The position numbers and the translations under genes were made by a program. A DNA stretch of 64,000 nt from Pyrinomonadaceae bacterium (GTDB lineage Bacteria; Acidobacteriota; Blastocatellia; Pyrinomonadales; Pyrinomonadaceae), in NCBI GenBank assembly GCA_035941655.1, contig DASZDU010000161.1, forward strand, positions 2,478 through 66,477. The letters run 5' to 3'. This document shows, piece after piece, positions 26,475 through 35,777 of the stretch. A model generated the notes under the pieces. That model was not told the origin of the DNA. It searched no databases and worked only from the letters and a program-made list of their open reading frames with translations. Each line of letters starts with the position of its first letter. Within the stretch, counting starts at the first letter, position 1.

Positions 26475-27227
26475 TTACTTTTGGTTCGCCGTCTCGGCCA
26501 GGATTTTGGCAAGTGTTGCCGGCGGAGAGAGCCCGTAAACGCGCGTCCAATAGCCCGCCCGCTCGTTGCCGATGAGAACGAGCGGAGTGTGATCGTTCTT
26601 ATCTGCGGTGGCAGCGCCGAGGGCCTTGAGCAACGTATCAATCTCAGATTTATCGCCCGTGACAAACGTCCATCCCGGGCCGGCCTTAAATTTGACCGCA
26701 AACGCTTGCAGCCTTTCAGGCACATCGATCGTCGGATCAACGCTTATTGAAATTAACTCAACATCGCGCCCGGCGTGTTCCCCCAGTTCCACCTGAAGTC
26801 GGCGAAAAGTCGCGGTCAGCGGTGGGCAGATTGCCGTGCAAGTAGTAAAGATAAAATTGATAGCGACTGTCTTGCCCTTGACCAGGTCAGTGTAAAAGTT
26901 CAGGCGTTTGCCGTTTTGATCCAAGACCGGAGTGTCTGGAATATTTAATCGAGTGGAACCCGTTTGTTGTGTTGCTAATTCAGGCTCATTGTTCGAGGCT
27001 GCGGAAGGTAAGGACGTGTCTTTCACCAATCTGAGAGTCATCCCACATTTCGGACATTTACCGGCCCGAGTGGACACGACCTCGGGATGCATCGGGCAGG
27101 TATAACGTCTGGCGCTCTTGTTACCGGCCTTCGGTCGTGCCTGTGCCATTGCGTTTCCCGAGTCGCGAAGAGGAACGCCCGCGCACAACATGAACGTGCC
27201 GAGCAGGATTGTGAAGATTAGTTTCAT
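26475..27227 (-). CDS. SCO1/SenC-family copper chaperone with an N-terminal heavy-metal-binding domain
   Basis: AGGTGA RBS before ATG 27227 and a signal peptide. HMBD motif YTCPMHPEVVSTRAGKCPKCGM. Thioredoxin-like CxxxC (FTTCTAICPP). Confidence 0.85.
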   Translation of the reverse strand: MKLIFTILLGTFMLCAGVPLRDSGNAMAQARPKAGNKSARRYTCPMHPEVVSTRAGKCPKCGMTLRLVKDTSLPSAASNNEPELATQQTGSTRLNIPDTPVLDQNGKRLNFYTDLVKGKTVAINFIFTTCTAICPPLTATFRRLQVELGEHAGRDVELISISVDPTIDVPERLQAFAVKFKAGPGWTFVTGDKSEIDTLLKALGAATADKNDHTPLVLIGNERAGYWTRVYGLSPPATLAKILAETANQK

Positions 27228-27279
27228 CGGGGCATCACCTCGCCACACGTTAATTAAGTTTGCGGACCTGGAACCCGGC

Positions 27280-28908
27280 TCAGTTGATATCGACCCATTC
27301 CTTCGTGGGAACATACTGCTTCTTTTCAAGGTCAATTGAAACCACATACGCACCGGTTGCGCCGATGCGACGGTTAGGTCCATAACTGATTCTGGGCGTC
27401 AAACCTGTATCAAAGCGATTGAGACTTTCAAGAGCCGTAATCAACTTTTCGCGGCTTACGTCCTTCCCTGCCCGTTTCAAGCCCTCGACCAATATCTTGG
27501 CTGCGCTATAAGCAGAAAGTTGCGCGACTATGTGATTGGAAGGGAGTTTGTACTTTTCGGCCAGTGCGCGAAATTCTCTGACGCCTTCCGCCGTTTGATC
27601 GGCAGGCAAGGTAGGAAAAGAGACAAATATTTTGTGATTGAAGCTGAGCGGTGCGTCGAACACTTCTCTCCCGGCATTGGCCGAAAATAGGTACAGTGAA
27701 GGCGACCAGTGCAATCTCTCAGCCTTCTTCATAAAGGCGAGGGCTGCCTCACCTGTGCCTAAAAAGATAATCGTCTCCTGTCCCTTTTGCTGAACTTTTG
27801 CGGCGATTTCATCAACGTCTAGCGGTGCGGTTACATACACGTAATTCTCCACCGAGTTCATTCCATGCTTGCTCGCCTGATCTTTGACAGCTCCGATCAA
27901 ACTCCGGTTCGCTTCACTCTCAGGAGAGACAATAGCCAGGCTGGAGATTTTCGTCGGCTGTTGATTGGCAGCAAATTCAACTAGAGCGCGGGCTTGCCCG
28001 TCAAGCCCTGAGAGAAGATAGAAGACTTGGCGGTTCAAGGGGAAGCCAATTTGCGGGTAGAGCGTCAATGGGCCAATTAAGGGCACTTGTCGTTTTTCCA
28101 TCAAGGCGACGATTTCCTTGTCAGCACCAGCTACGAAAGCGCCCGTCATCGCGAACACCTGTTCATCTTTAAGAAAGCGCTCAACTCGGCCACGCGTGTT
28201 CTCAGGCGTGTCGCCAGTTTCGACAAACCTAAGTTCAAAACGGCGATTGTAAATACCACCCTGGGTGTTCAATTCTTCAAAGAAGGCGATGCTGACCGCC
28301 TTGATAGCCTTACCCATTTCAGCCAGCGCGTCGCTTGTGGGCACGACTGTTCCGATGACGATGTTGATTTCGCTGATGCCTGGATCACGGTCTTTGCCCA
28401 GGCGTTTCAGATAGGCGATGAGGTCGCTCATGTCCACACCCGACATCTGATAGCGAGGCATCACGTTGGGTAATCTGTTTCCCCCCGGATCGACGCCGCG
28501 GGTGATCGCCAGTTCAAGCCCGCGCTCTGTGTAAGGTGGATGCTTGCGGCCGCTGCTGAGTGTTACGCCGTAGGGTTTGGTCAGCGAATCCCAGGTCAGA
28601 TTCGAAGGGTTGATACTGCCTTCAGGTTTGCCCTGTCCATCCAGTCCATGACAGTTGGCACAGGCCATCGTGCTGCCCGGAACTTCCAACGATGCTTCGC
28701 CGAGGTAGGCCAGGATCTCGTTACGCGACGCACTCGTGCCTTGCACATAAATCTGCTTGCCTCGTTTCTCTTGCGGCGAGAGTGGCTCCTGCAGAGTTGC
28801 CTTGGCAAAAGCCCCAGCGCTGAGAAAAAGAGAAATGAGCAGAAAGACAAAAAGAGCCGGGCACTTTGGGGATGCTTGTTTGCCCACGATGTGGGAAGAA
28901 GAAATCAC
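27280..28908 (-). CDS. fusion of a cytochrome c domain with a type I periplasmic binding protein (LivJ-like)
   Basis: Haem-binding CANCH (28648..28662) in the N-terminal domain of about 110 aa. The remainder resembles branched-chain amino acid/amide binding proteins. The GTG start overlaps the upstream stop (GTGA). Confidence 0.8.
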   Translation of the reverse strand: MISSSHIVGKQASPKCPALFVFLLISLFLSAGAFAKATLQEPLSPQEKRGKQIYVQGTSASRNEILAYLGEASLEVPGSTMACANCHGLDGQGKPEGSINPSNLTWDSLTKPYGVTLSSGRKHPPYTERGLELAITRGVDPGGNRLPNVMPRYQMSGVDMSDLIAYLKRLGKDRDPGISEINIVIGTVVPTSDALAEMGKAIKAVSIAFFEELNTQGGIYNRRFELRFVETGDTPENTRGRVERFLKDEQVFAMTGAFVAGADKEIVALMEKRQVPLIGPLTLYPQIGFPLNRQVFYLLSGLDGQARALVEFAANQQPTKISSLAIVSPESEANRSLIGAVKDQASKHGMNSVENYVYVTAPLDVDEIAAKVQQKGQETIIFLGTGEAALAFMKKAERLHWSPSLYLFSANAGREVFDAPLSFNHKIFVSFPTLPADQTAEGVREFRALAEKYKLPSNHIVAQLSAYSAAKILVEGLKRAGKDVSREKLITALESLNRFDTGLTPRISYGPNRRIGATGAYVVSIDLEKKQYVPTKEWVDIN

Positions 28909-29546
28909 TTGTCGCCTGCCGGCTGATCGTTGAGCACGCTTTCGACGACCTTGATTAGCTCATCGCTGCGGGCTAATCCAAAAGCCTTTTTCCATAATCC
29001 AGTTCGTTCGTTACCGATGATAAAAATGTTGAGATGATTCTCCTTGACCTCCACAAACTGGCCTAGTTTTTTCAGAGCAAGATCAACATTTTCCTTGTCG
29101 CCGGTCAGAAAATACCAGCCCGCTCTGGCATGAAGCTTCTTCGCATACTGTTTGAGACTGGCGGGCGTGTCAACGATAGGATCAACGCTGATCGAAATGA
29201 TGTTGACCTCTTTGCCGAGACGCGCGCCAAGAGCTTCCTGCACTTTTTCCAAATTACGACTCATCGGCAAGCAACTACCCTGACAGGTCGCGAAGAAGGC
29301 GTTGATTATCACCACCTTTCCCTTCAGCAGGTCGCTATAGAAACGCATCTTTTCATTATCCTGATTCAACAGCACGACATCCGTAAAATACTTTTGCGCC
29401 GCCGATTGTCCGTTGGTTGCCTCACTCGATTGGCCGGGCGATGGCGCAGCCGGCTTACTTGTACCGGACTGGGCTACTGCCTCAAAGCCGCTGCAACTGA
29501 TGGAGATCATTAAAACACCTAGTAATAAAAACAGTTTGTCGTTCAT
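28905..29546 (-). CDS. SCO1/SenC-family protein
   Basis: Signal/lipoprotein-like N-terminus. CxxxC motif FATCQGSCLP. Thioredoxin-like fold pattern similar to the second SCO gene. 4-nt overlaps at both ends. Confidence 0.88.
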   Translation of the reverse strand: MNDKLFLLLGVLMISISCSGFEAVAQSGTSKPAAPSPGQSSEATNGQSAAQKYFTDVVLLNQDNEKMRFYSDLLKGKVVIINAFFATCQGSCLPMSRNLEKVQEALGARLGKEVNIISISVDPIVDTPASLKQYAKKLHARAGWYFLTGDKENVDLALKKLGQFVEVKENHLNIFIIGNERTGLWKKAFGLARSDELIKVVESVLNDQPAGDK

Positions 29547-31501
29547 GGTCGAGCTCCCGCGGGATGCTGAGGCGATGACGGTGTTGCTGTCGCTGGGTCG
29601 CGCCTTGTCGCTTGAATCGTCAAATTGGGTAGCTGGTTGAAATCAACTCCCAGCGAATGACAGTTAAAGTATATATAGTAAGCACCAGCCTGCGGCGGAA
29701 CAAAGTTAATTTCATAAAGGCCATTCCCCAGCGGCCTAGCCAGATCACGTTGCTGCCAGATACCTGGTGCAAGGAAAGTCAACACCCCCAGGTCTTTCAA
29801 GTCGGACCGCGGCTGATGGGTTTGTGTGTCAATCACTTTGAAGCGCAGTTGGTATCTTTCGCCGGCGTAGGCCGAACGTTCCTGTATCAGGGGCTCGATC
29901 TTTATGGGTACTGCTCGCTGCGAACCATAAGCGGGATTAACGCTCACCGTGAAATTAAAGCAATGCACTATGCGTGGTGAGTCCAGAAGCAACGGAACAT
30001 CGTAGTTTCCCTGCTTTCCCAGTTTCACGGTTGTGGTGTAGGTTCCAGGACTTGTTTCCTGCAAACTACGACTCCACACCAGCAATGCCCTCGGATCGCG
30101 ACGGTAATTTTGAAAGGTGCCCATCGGTGCGGCCATGCCTTCCATGTAGTAGTAGATCATCTGGTCTGCGGGGTTCGCCACCAGCACTGCCCCGGAATCC
30201 GGCGTTACAATCATGGCGTCCGCCATCGAAGTGGAGGGCGATGCTTGCGGGGCTTTCTGACCCGCGGGAAAGCGATTAACCGAAATTTCTATCTCTGGAC
30301 GACCGATACTCGACAAATTAATCAACGAAACGAACTCATTACCACGCGCACGCACATAAGCTACGTCCCTGGTGAAGATTATTTGATCCGGGTCTGGCCC
30401 CACCTCTACGTTGTGAAGCAAACGATTGGTGGAACTATCGAAAATGTGAACCCGATTCAACTGGCGATTAAGCACGAAGCCATAGCGGCCTCCGGGTAAG
30501 AAGCGAAGGGCAGACAGGCCGGGCATCGCCTTGATGCGCGTCAATACTTCGTGGTGCGGGCCGCCAACTGCGACAATTGTCCCATCGCTCTCATTGATGC
30601 CATAGACCGTTTTACTCAAAGAAGAAAAGGCCAGTCCGGAGGGCGACGAGCCTATCTTGATCTCTTTGACGAGAGCTAACTTCGGCACATCAATAACGGA
30701 GAGCGTACCCGCCCTCTGGTTGGTTACAAAGGCATAGTGATCATCGTCAGCCAAAGCAATGTCGTGATGACCCGGGCCGGTCTTAAAGCGAGCGACCGTT
30801 TTCGTCGTAGACCAGTCAACTACCGTCACTCCACCGCCTTCATCGTCCATATCATTTCCGACCCACAGATATTTCTCATCATGCTGCAAAACGAGGCGGG
30901 TAGGTTTAGCCCCCGCATTAAGATTGGTAAGCACCTTCCAGGTGGCGGTATCGATGATGGCGATCTCTCCGGCCAGGGGCATTGTCACGAAGAGTCTCTG
31001 CTTGTCGCCGCTCATCAACCAGTCTTCGCCCGGGCTCTTCAAGGGAATCAGCGTGTAGAGCTTGCTGCCACCAAAGCCTGAGAGGGGATCGATGACCGAA
31101 ATGTTCGGTTCTTGATTCAGGGCTAGAATCAAATACGCGTTGAGGTCTATGTCCGGGCGCTCAGTCAAACTTGCTTGCAGAAATGATTGGATTCTCTCGC
31201 GACATTGCCGCCCATCGGGGACAGCGGCTTCTTCCCTGAAATCAATCCAGCCCGCGGGGCGCAGGTTCGTGACAGGTTGACCTGTAGTGCTGTCCGCAAT
31301 CTTGAAGCGAACAGATGCTTCCGTCCCTTCCAGGAGTCCAGCCGCCCCAGTTTTTTCTGGTCTCAGAGGAGCGATGGTAAATTCGATGACTATTCCCTCG
31401 CGGACGATCTTTCCGCTCTGTTGAGATTGCGCGGTGGCGGGCTGTCCGAATACTGATCCCGCAAGCATGGCAGCCAAGGCTGTTGCGAGGAATGATTTCA
31501 T
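29543..31501 (-). CDS. secreted YVTN-type beta-propeller protein with a C-terminal beta-sandwich region
   Basis: GGAGG lies 7 nt before ATG 31501, followed by a signal peptide. Repeated propeller blades (LFVTMPLAGEIAIIDTATWKV, AFVTNQRAGTLSVIDV, ..). Confidence 0.8.
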   Translation of the reverse strand: MKSFLATALAAMLAGSVFGQPATAQSQQSGKIVREGIVIEFTIAPLRPEKTGAAGLLEGTEASVRFKIADSTTGQPVTNLRPAGWIDFREEAAVPDGRQCRERIQSFLQASLTERPDIDLNAYLILALNQEPNISVIDPLSGFGGSKLYTLIPLKSPGEDWLMSGDKQRLFVTMPLAGEIAIIDTATWKVLTNLNAGAKPTRLVLQHDEKYLWVGNDMDDEGGGVTVVDWSTTKTVARFKTGPGHHDIALADDDHYAFVTNQRAGTLSVIDVPKLALVKEIKIGSSPSGLAFSSLSKTVYGINESDGTIVAVGGPHHEVLTRIKAMPGLSALRFLPGGRYGFVLNRQLNRVHIFDSSTNRLLHNVEVGPDPDQIIFTRDVAYVRARGNEFVSLINLSSIGRPEIEISVNRFPAGQKAPQASPSTSMADAMIVTPDSGAVLVANPADQMIYYYMEGMAAPMGTFQNYRRDPRALLVWSRSLQETSPGTYTTTVKLGKQGNYDVPLLLDSPRIVHCFNFTVSVNPAYGSQRAVPIKIEPLIQERSAYAGERYQLRFKVIDTQTHQPRSDLKDLGVLTFLAPGIWQQRDLARPLGNGLYEINFVPPQAGAYYIYFNCHSLGVDFNQLPNLTIQATRRDPATATPSSPQHPAGARP

Positions 31502-31678
31502 CCGTGGCCCTCCAGACAAACCTCATCGTCGGCAGGAGTCTTAGAACCTGATGCGAAGACCGATCCTATATCAGAAAGCTCATCCAGCAGCAAAATGGAG
31601 AGCTGGTGGTGCTATTGCACTCTTTCGGGATGCCAACTGTACAAATCTAAATGAGTGCACTATCTTTACGATCTTCAT

Positions 31679-31753
<75 letters not shown>

Positions 31754-31805
31754 ACTTCCCCAGCTCATTTCAACCGATGCGCATTTTGGGCCGTGACCTG
31801 GTTTG

Positions 31806-31907
31806 AAAATCTCTGTGCGTCCTCCGTGCTCTCTGTGCCTTTGTGGTGTGTTCGTTGAAATAATCACCACTGAGACACAGCGGACACTAAGGTGGCACGG
31901 AGAAAAT
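31806..31907. repeat. 'ctctgtg' family element, copy 3
   Basis: aatctctgtgcgtcctccgtgctctctgtgcctttgtgg ... ccactgagacacagcggacactaaggtggcacggagaaaa. Confidence 0.85.
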
Positions 31908-31987
31908 CTGAAATTGGATAACTACCCATTTTGGGTGCGAAGGCGCGAGACCAAGGGTCAGGAATGCGTCGGTAACCTGTCAAACCA

Positions 31988-32025
31988 GCAAAAAACCCAC
32001 GCTCTCTCTCGAATGCGTGGGTTTA
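31988..32025 (-). terminator. intrinsic terminator downstream of the small 32071..32271 ORF
   Basis: Stem cccacgc (31996..32002) pairs with gcgtggg (32015..32021). A six-residue U-run follows on the minus-strand transcript (A-run 31990..31995 on plus). Confidence 0.6.
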
Positions 32026-32070
32026 AATTGTGACCCCCTTGAAAAATTTCCAATTCAGCTAGACGTCGTC

Positions 32071-32271
32071 TTAGTTTTTTCCCTTTTTGTCGTTCGGCTT
32101 TTTGTCGCCGCGCTGATTGTTGTTGCTGGGTGGCGGCTTTTCGTTTTTTGGGGCAACCACCACCGTATTCGGCGGTTTTGGCGGACGTTCACCTCTCTTT
32201 TGGGCAAACACACCGGTAGCGACGAAACCACCGATGGCCACCGCAATAATTTTTCGTTTCAAGTCCAACAT
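32071..32271 (-). CDS. 66-aa Lys/Pro-rich small exported or membrane-anchored protein
   Basis: GGAGG lies 12 nt before ATG 32271. Sequence begins MLDLKRKIIAVAIGGFVATGVFAQ and continues with a basic low-complexity tail (KPPKPP...KKPNDKKGKN). It has its own terminator. Confidence 0.5.
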   Translation of the reverse strand: MLDLKRKIIAVAIGGFVATGVFAQKRGERPPKPPNTVVVAPKNEKPPPSNNNQRGDKKPNDKKGKN

Positions 32272-32486
32272 CGAATTTCCGGTCCTCCTCATGCTTTTTC
32301 AGCGCGCATGGGAGGGAGAGTTAAGAGATGCGCCGCACCGAATCGAGCAAGATCGATGCCAGTAATCCCAAAGCCGGTCGAGCGAGCGATCCGCCTTTGT
32401 AACTGGCGATTCAAGCCTATAAACGCCGCTCATCGAACCCTTTTGGCAACCTCTTCGCACGGTATCGTGCAGTGGCTTACCAACTG

Positions 32487-34709
32487 CTATCGCCTCAATG
32501 TCACGCTCAGCGTGCCCACATTTCCGCTACCGTCAAACGCTCGCAGACTAACAGTATGCTCACCCGGACCGAGCGCCGGCAGGTCGACAGAATACCGCTC
32601 GTGTCCGCTATCGGCAATCCCGTCTTCGGGGAACAGCGGGGTCCAGAGAGCGCCGTCAATGCTAAAGTCGCCCTTTCTTATCTTCCCCGTTAGGTCGTCG
32701 ACCTCGAAGACCACTCGACCACCGCTGCCGCTTACCTGCGGCGATGTCAACACACGCAAAACCGGCGGCGTGTTGTCGATGTCTACCGGCTCGCTGATGC
32801 GTTCGCCCGAGAGCGATTGCCCACTCGGGTTATCAGGCGCGTCGGACGCAATTATCTTGATGATGTACCTACCGTCGGCGAGTGTGGCGCCGTCGATCGT
32901 ATAAAAGTTGTCGCGCAGTTTGTCTTTTAATAACCTAAACGTGGTTTCATTCAGCGGGCGGTAATAGATTGCGTATTCGAGTGTATCGCCATTTCGATCT
33001 TCTGCTTGCCATTGAAACGAGCGGGCGCCGCGCTGAAACAGGCGCCTCGGCGCAGCCTGTGCGACCGCGCCAAAAACTGCCGGATCAAGGCCTGACGATT
33101 CCACGTTGGGATCAACCTGGAGTTGCGCCAGCTGCTGCAACCCAACGCCGATTGGCAACGAGCTGATTGATAGAATTTCAGGCGCAACGTTGCGTGGCAG
33201 ATAGGCCACGCTCACATCTTCCATCCAGGTCTGGCCTGACCCGCCAGCCGACCGCAGCGTAGCGCGCCATTGGACAAACCGCGCTCGCGGACTTGAGATT
33301 GGACTTCCCTCAGGATTGCGATATGCAGTGCTCCACTCGCTCCAGGTCGCGTCAGGACGTTCTCCGTTACCGCTTCGCGTCTGCAATTCAACATTGCCGC
33401 TTCCACGCCACCAGATGCGTCCCCAGGCGGCCGTCAACTTTGCGTCTCGCACGGGAGATTCATAAGAACCTTCCGCCACCAATTCCGATCCGAAGCGGAA
33501 GAGTTTTCCCTGATTACTCGAAGCGGCGTACACCTGATCGCCTCGGTGCAAGAATGAAGAAATCTGCGCTTCACTCGACTGCAACAGCAGCGTGTCGCGT
33601 CCATCATTTGTGACCGAGTAGATGCGTCCCTTATCGGCGGTTCCGATCAGGACGCTTCCAGGTTTGAATCCTGGAGCGATAGAAAAAGCTGTGACTGAGG
33701 ATGAAGTCCAAACTACGTCAGCACCACCGTCGGGCAGGATGTGGAATACAGCGCTGCGGGCCGTGGAAAGATCATTGCGACTTCGCGCCGTTGGCGGCTG
33801 CGCCTGAATCGGCGTGCCAGTTTCATCGACGGCCGTTATGGTGACTGTTGTGCTGGTAGCGCCAGTGGTTCCATCCGTCGTGGCTGCCGGTGCGACAACC
33901 GTCTGTCCGCGCGTAGCTGAGGCAGCTTCACTGAGCGCGAGCGCATAGATTGAACCATCCGCCGCCGGAGCCAGAGCGTGTATTTCTCGCAGGTTCGCGT
34001 CAAACAAAGCAAAGGCTTTTCCCTCCGGCGAAATGCGCAGCACGAGACCGCCGGGATCCGTCCCGGCAATTAGATCGCCCTGTGCAGTGACGGCAAGCGA
34101 GATGACGTGAGTTTGGTTTGTAGCAATCAACAACGACGACTCGGGCTTCGCACCGCCGGAACGCACGCGATAAAGCTTGCCATTGTCACCCGTGCCAATA
34201 GCCAACGATCCATCGTTGAGGACGGCGAGCGACCAAATGTATTTGTCGGCGGGATCAAAATACGGCTCAGCACGACCGTCCGAAGTTATCCGATATACTT
34301 TGCCGTCTGGAGAAGTGCCGGCATAAAGAGCGCCGTCACGCCCAACAGCCAACGCGGTGACGTCCAACTCCGTAGCGTCATAAAACAAAGAACCGCGGCC
34401 ATCTGCGGAGACGCGAAAAATTTTTCCGTCGTGACCCGTACCCAGGTAAACATTTCCCTGCGCATCTACGGCGCTTGACCAAACAAAAGCCTGCTCGGTG
34501 TTAAAAATTTCGCTGAGCCGTGGCGAGAGCATCAACACCCCGGTGTCGCTAATCGAGATACCGCGCGCGTCGCCCTTGAGTAAATCGGCTCGACCGGTAG
34601 TTTCCCAAATGACGGGCTGGCCCGCATAGCTGACGCAGGCCGCAAGAGCAATCAGCAGAAAAGCGGCAGTGAGTCTGGTCGATTGTTTTCGGAGTGTTAC
34701 TTGAAACAT
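32487..34709 (-). CDS. secreted beta-propeller repeat protein (hypothetical)
   Basis: Signal peptide LTAAFLLIALAACVSYAG. Reiterated blade motif: GTGHDGKIFRV, GTSPDGKVYRI, GTGDNGKLYRV, GTDPGGLVLRI, GTADKGRIYSV, SSNQGKLFRF. Confidence 0.8.
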   Translation of the reverse strand: MFQVTLRKQSTRLTAAFLLIALAACVSYAGQPVIWETTGRADLLKGDARGISISDTGVLMLSPRLSEIFNTEQAFVWSSAVDAQGNVYLGTGHDGKIFRVSADGRGSLFYDATELDVTALAVGRDGALYAGTSPDGKVYRITSDGRAEPYFDPADKYIWSLAVLNDGSLAIGTGDNGKLYRVRSGGAKPESSLLIATNQTHVISLAVTAQGDLIAGTDPGGLVLRISPEGKAFALFDANLREIHALAPAADGSIYALALSEAASATRGQTVVAPAATTDGTTGATSTTVTITAVDETGTPIQAQPPTARSRNDLSTARSAVFHILPDGGADVVWTSSSVTAFSIAPGFKPGSVLIGTADKGRIYSVTNDGRDTLLLQSSEAQISSFLHRGDQVYAASSNQGKLFRFGSELVAEGSYESPVRDAKLTAAWGRIWWRGSGNVELQTRSGNGERPDATWSEWSTAYRNPEGSPISSPRARFVQWRATLRSAGGSGQTWMEDVSVAYLPRNVAPEILSISSLPIGVGLQQLAQLQVDPNVESSGLDPAVFGAVAQAAPRRLFQRGARSFQWQAEDRNGDTLEYAIYYRPLNETTFRLLKDKLRDNFYTIDGATLADGRYIIKIIASDAPDNPSGQSLSGERISEPVDIDNTPPVLRVLTSPQVSGSGGRVVFEVDDLTGKIRKGDFSIDGALWTPLFPEDGIADSGHERYSVDLPALGPGEHTVSLRAFDGSGNVGTLSVTLRR

Positions 34710-34718
34710 GTTTTAGTT

Positions 34719-35738
34719 TTAGTTTCCTATGTATTTCGCGTATAGCGATCGCGCGATTTTGAGCTCGTCAGTACCGCGAATTATCGAACGCGCGTCCTGG
34801 AAGACCGTCAGTTCAAACTCTCCCGTTCGAAACCGCAACAGATAGTCGTTGAATTTCACGTCGCCTGTGACTCTAAGCCTTGCCGCAAGTTCTTCGAAGT
34901 TCAACCGTGTGGCCTGGGCCGGGGAAATTTGTACCGCGTTACGGCCACATAATACCGCAGCAAGATCTGCGGATGCGGCCTCTAGGGTTTCGAAACGCCG
35001 CTGTGCGCAAGTGGGGCAGTTTGACGACGGTGGACCAGGATTGATTTTTCGCCACTCGTTCCTCCAAACATCAAACTGCATCAGGGAACCGTGCAGATTT
35101 TCATTTTGTCCGGTCAATAGTTTCAGAGCCTCAGCAACCTGAACGGCAGATACTACGCTAATGATCGGCATGATTACGCCGGCCGTATCGCAAGTTGGAG
35201 CACTGGCCGCCGGTGGCGCGGATTCAAATAAACAGCGCAGGCAGGGCGTTAGATGCGGGCGAATCGTCATTGTTACGCCGTAAGATCCAACCGCCGCCCC
35301 ATAGATCCAGTTGACCTCGTGCTTGACGCAGGCATCATTGATCAAATAGCGCGTGGCGAAGTTGTCGGTGCCGTCCAGCACGACGTTGCAGTCCTTTACC
35401 AGCCGCTCGACGTTGGAATAGTTAACATCAATGATTTCCGGCTCAACTTCTATGTCAGCATTTATCTGGCGGATATGATTCGCGGCAGCAACGGCTTTCG
35501 GCATCCGTTCAGCTGCGTCGCGCTCAGTAAACATTGTCTGACGCTGCAGGTTTGAAGCCTCCACAAAATCACGATCGACGATTCGCAATTTGCCTACGCC
35601 TGCTCGAGCGAGGCTTTCTGCATGGGCCGATCCGAGCGCACCGCACCCTACGATCAAAGCGCGCGATCTTCCTAATCGGCGTTGACCTTCTTCGCCAATT
35701 CCGTTGAAGAGAATTTGCCGGCTGTAGCGTTCGTTCAT
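34719..35738 (-). CDS. ThiF/MoeB-family adenylyltransferase (E1-like)
   Basis: Motifs RYSRQILFNGIGEEGQRRL, VGCGALGS, DRDFVEASNLQRQ and CxxC pairs (CLRC, CPTC). Confidence 0.9.
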   Translation of the reverse strand: MNERYSRQILFNGIGEEGQRRLGRSRALIVGCGALGSAHAESLARAGVGKLRIVDRDFVEASNLQRQTMFTERDAAERMPKAVAAANHIRQINADIEVEPEIIDVNYSNVERLVKDCNVVLDGTDNFATRYLINDACVKHEVNWIYGAAVGSYGVTMTIRPHLTPCLRCLFESAPPAASAPTCDTAGVIMPIISVVSAVQVAEALKLLTGQNENLHGSLMQFDVWRNEWRKINPGPPSSNCPTCAQRRFETLEAASADLAAVLCGRNAVQISPAQATRLNFEELAARLRVTGDVKFNDYLLRFRTGEFELTVFQDARSIIRGTDELKIARSLYAKYIGN

Positions 35739-35777
35739 TTTTGAAATCTCAAATTTCAGATGCTGAGCAATCCCGCC

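Noticed and set aside
26475-27383. 52-codon N-terminal extension of the HMBD-SCO gene that overlaps the upstream gene
   Set aside because: ATG 27227 has an AGGTGA RBS and is followed at once by a signal peptide. The extension has no such features.
32017-32904. 295-aa plus-strand ORF
   Set aside because: It is antisense to both the small Lys/Pro-rich gene and the 3' end of the 740-aa propeller gene. It has no RBS and its sequence is Arg/Ser-rich.
34719-35738. E1-like ThiF/MoeB gene as part of a ubiquitin-like conjugation or defence system
   Set aside because: There is no ThiS/MoaD-like, E2-like or JAB gene adjacent. The length and C-terminal domain fit the ordinary Bacillus-type ThiF/MoeB enzymes.
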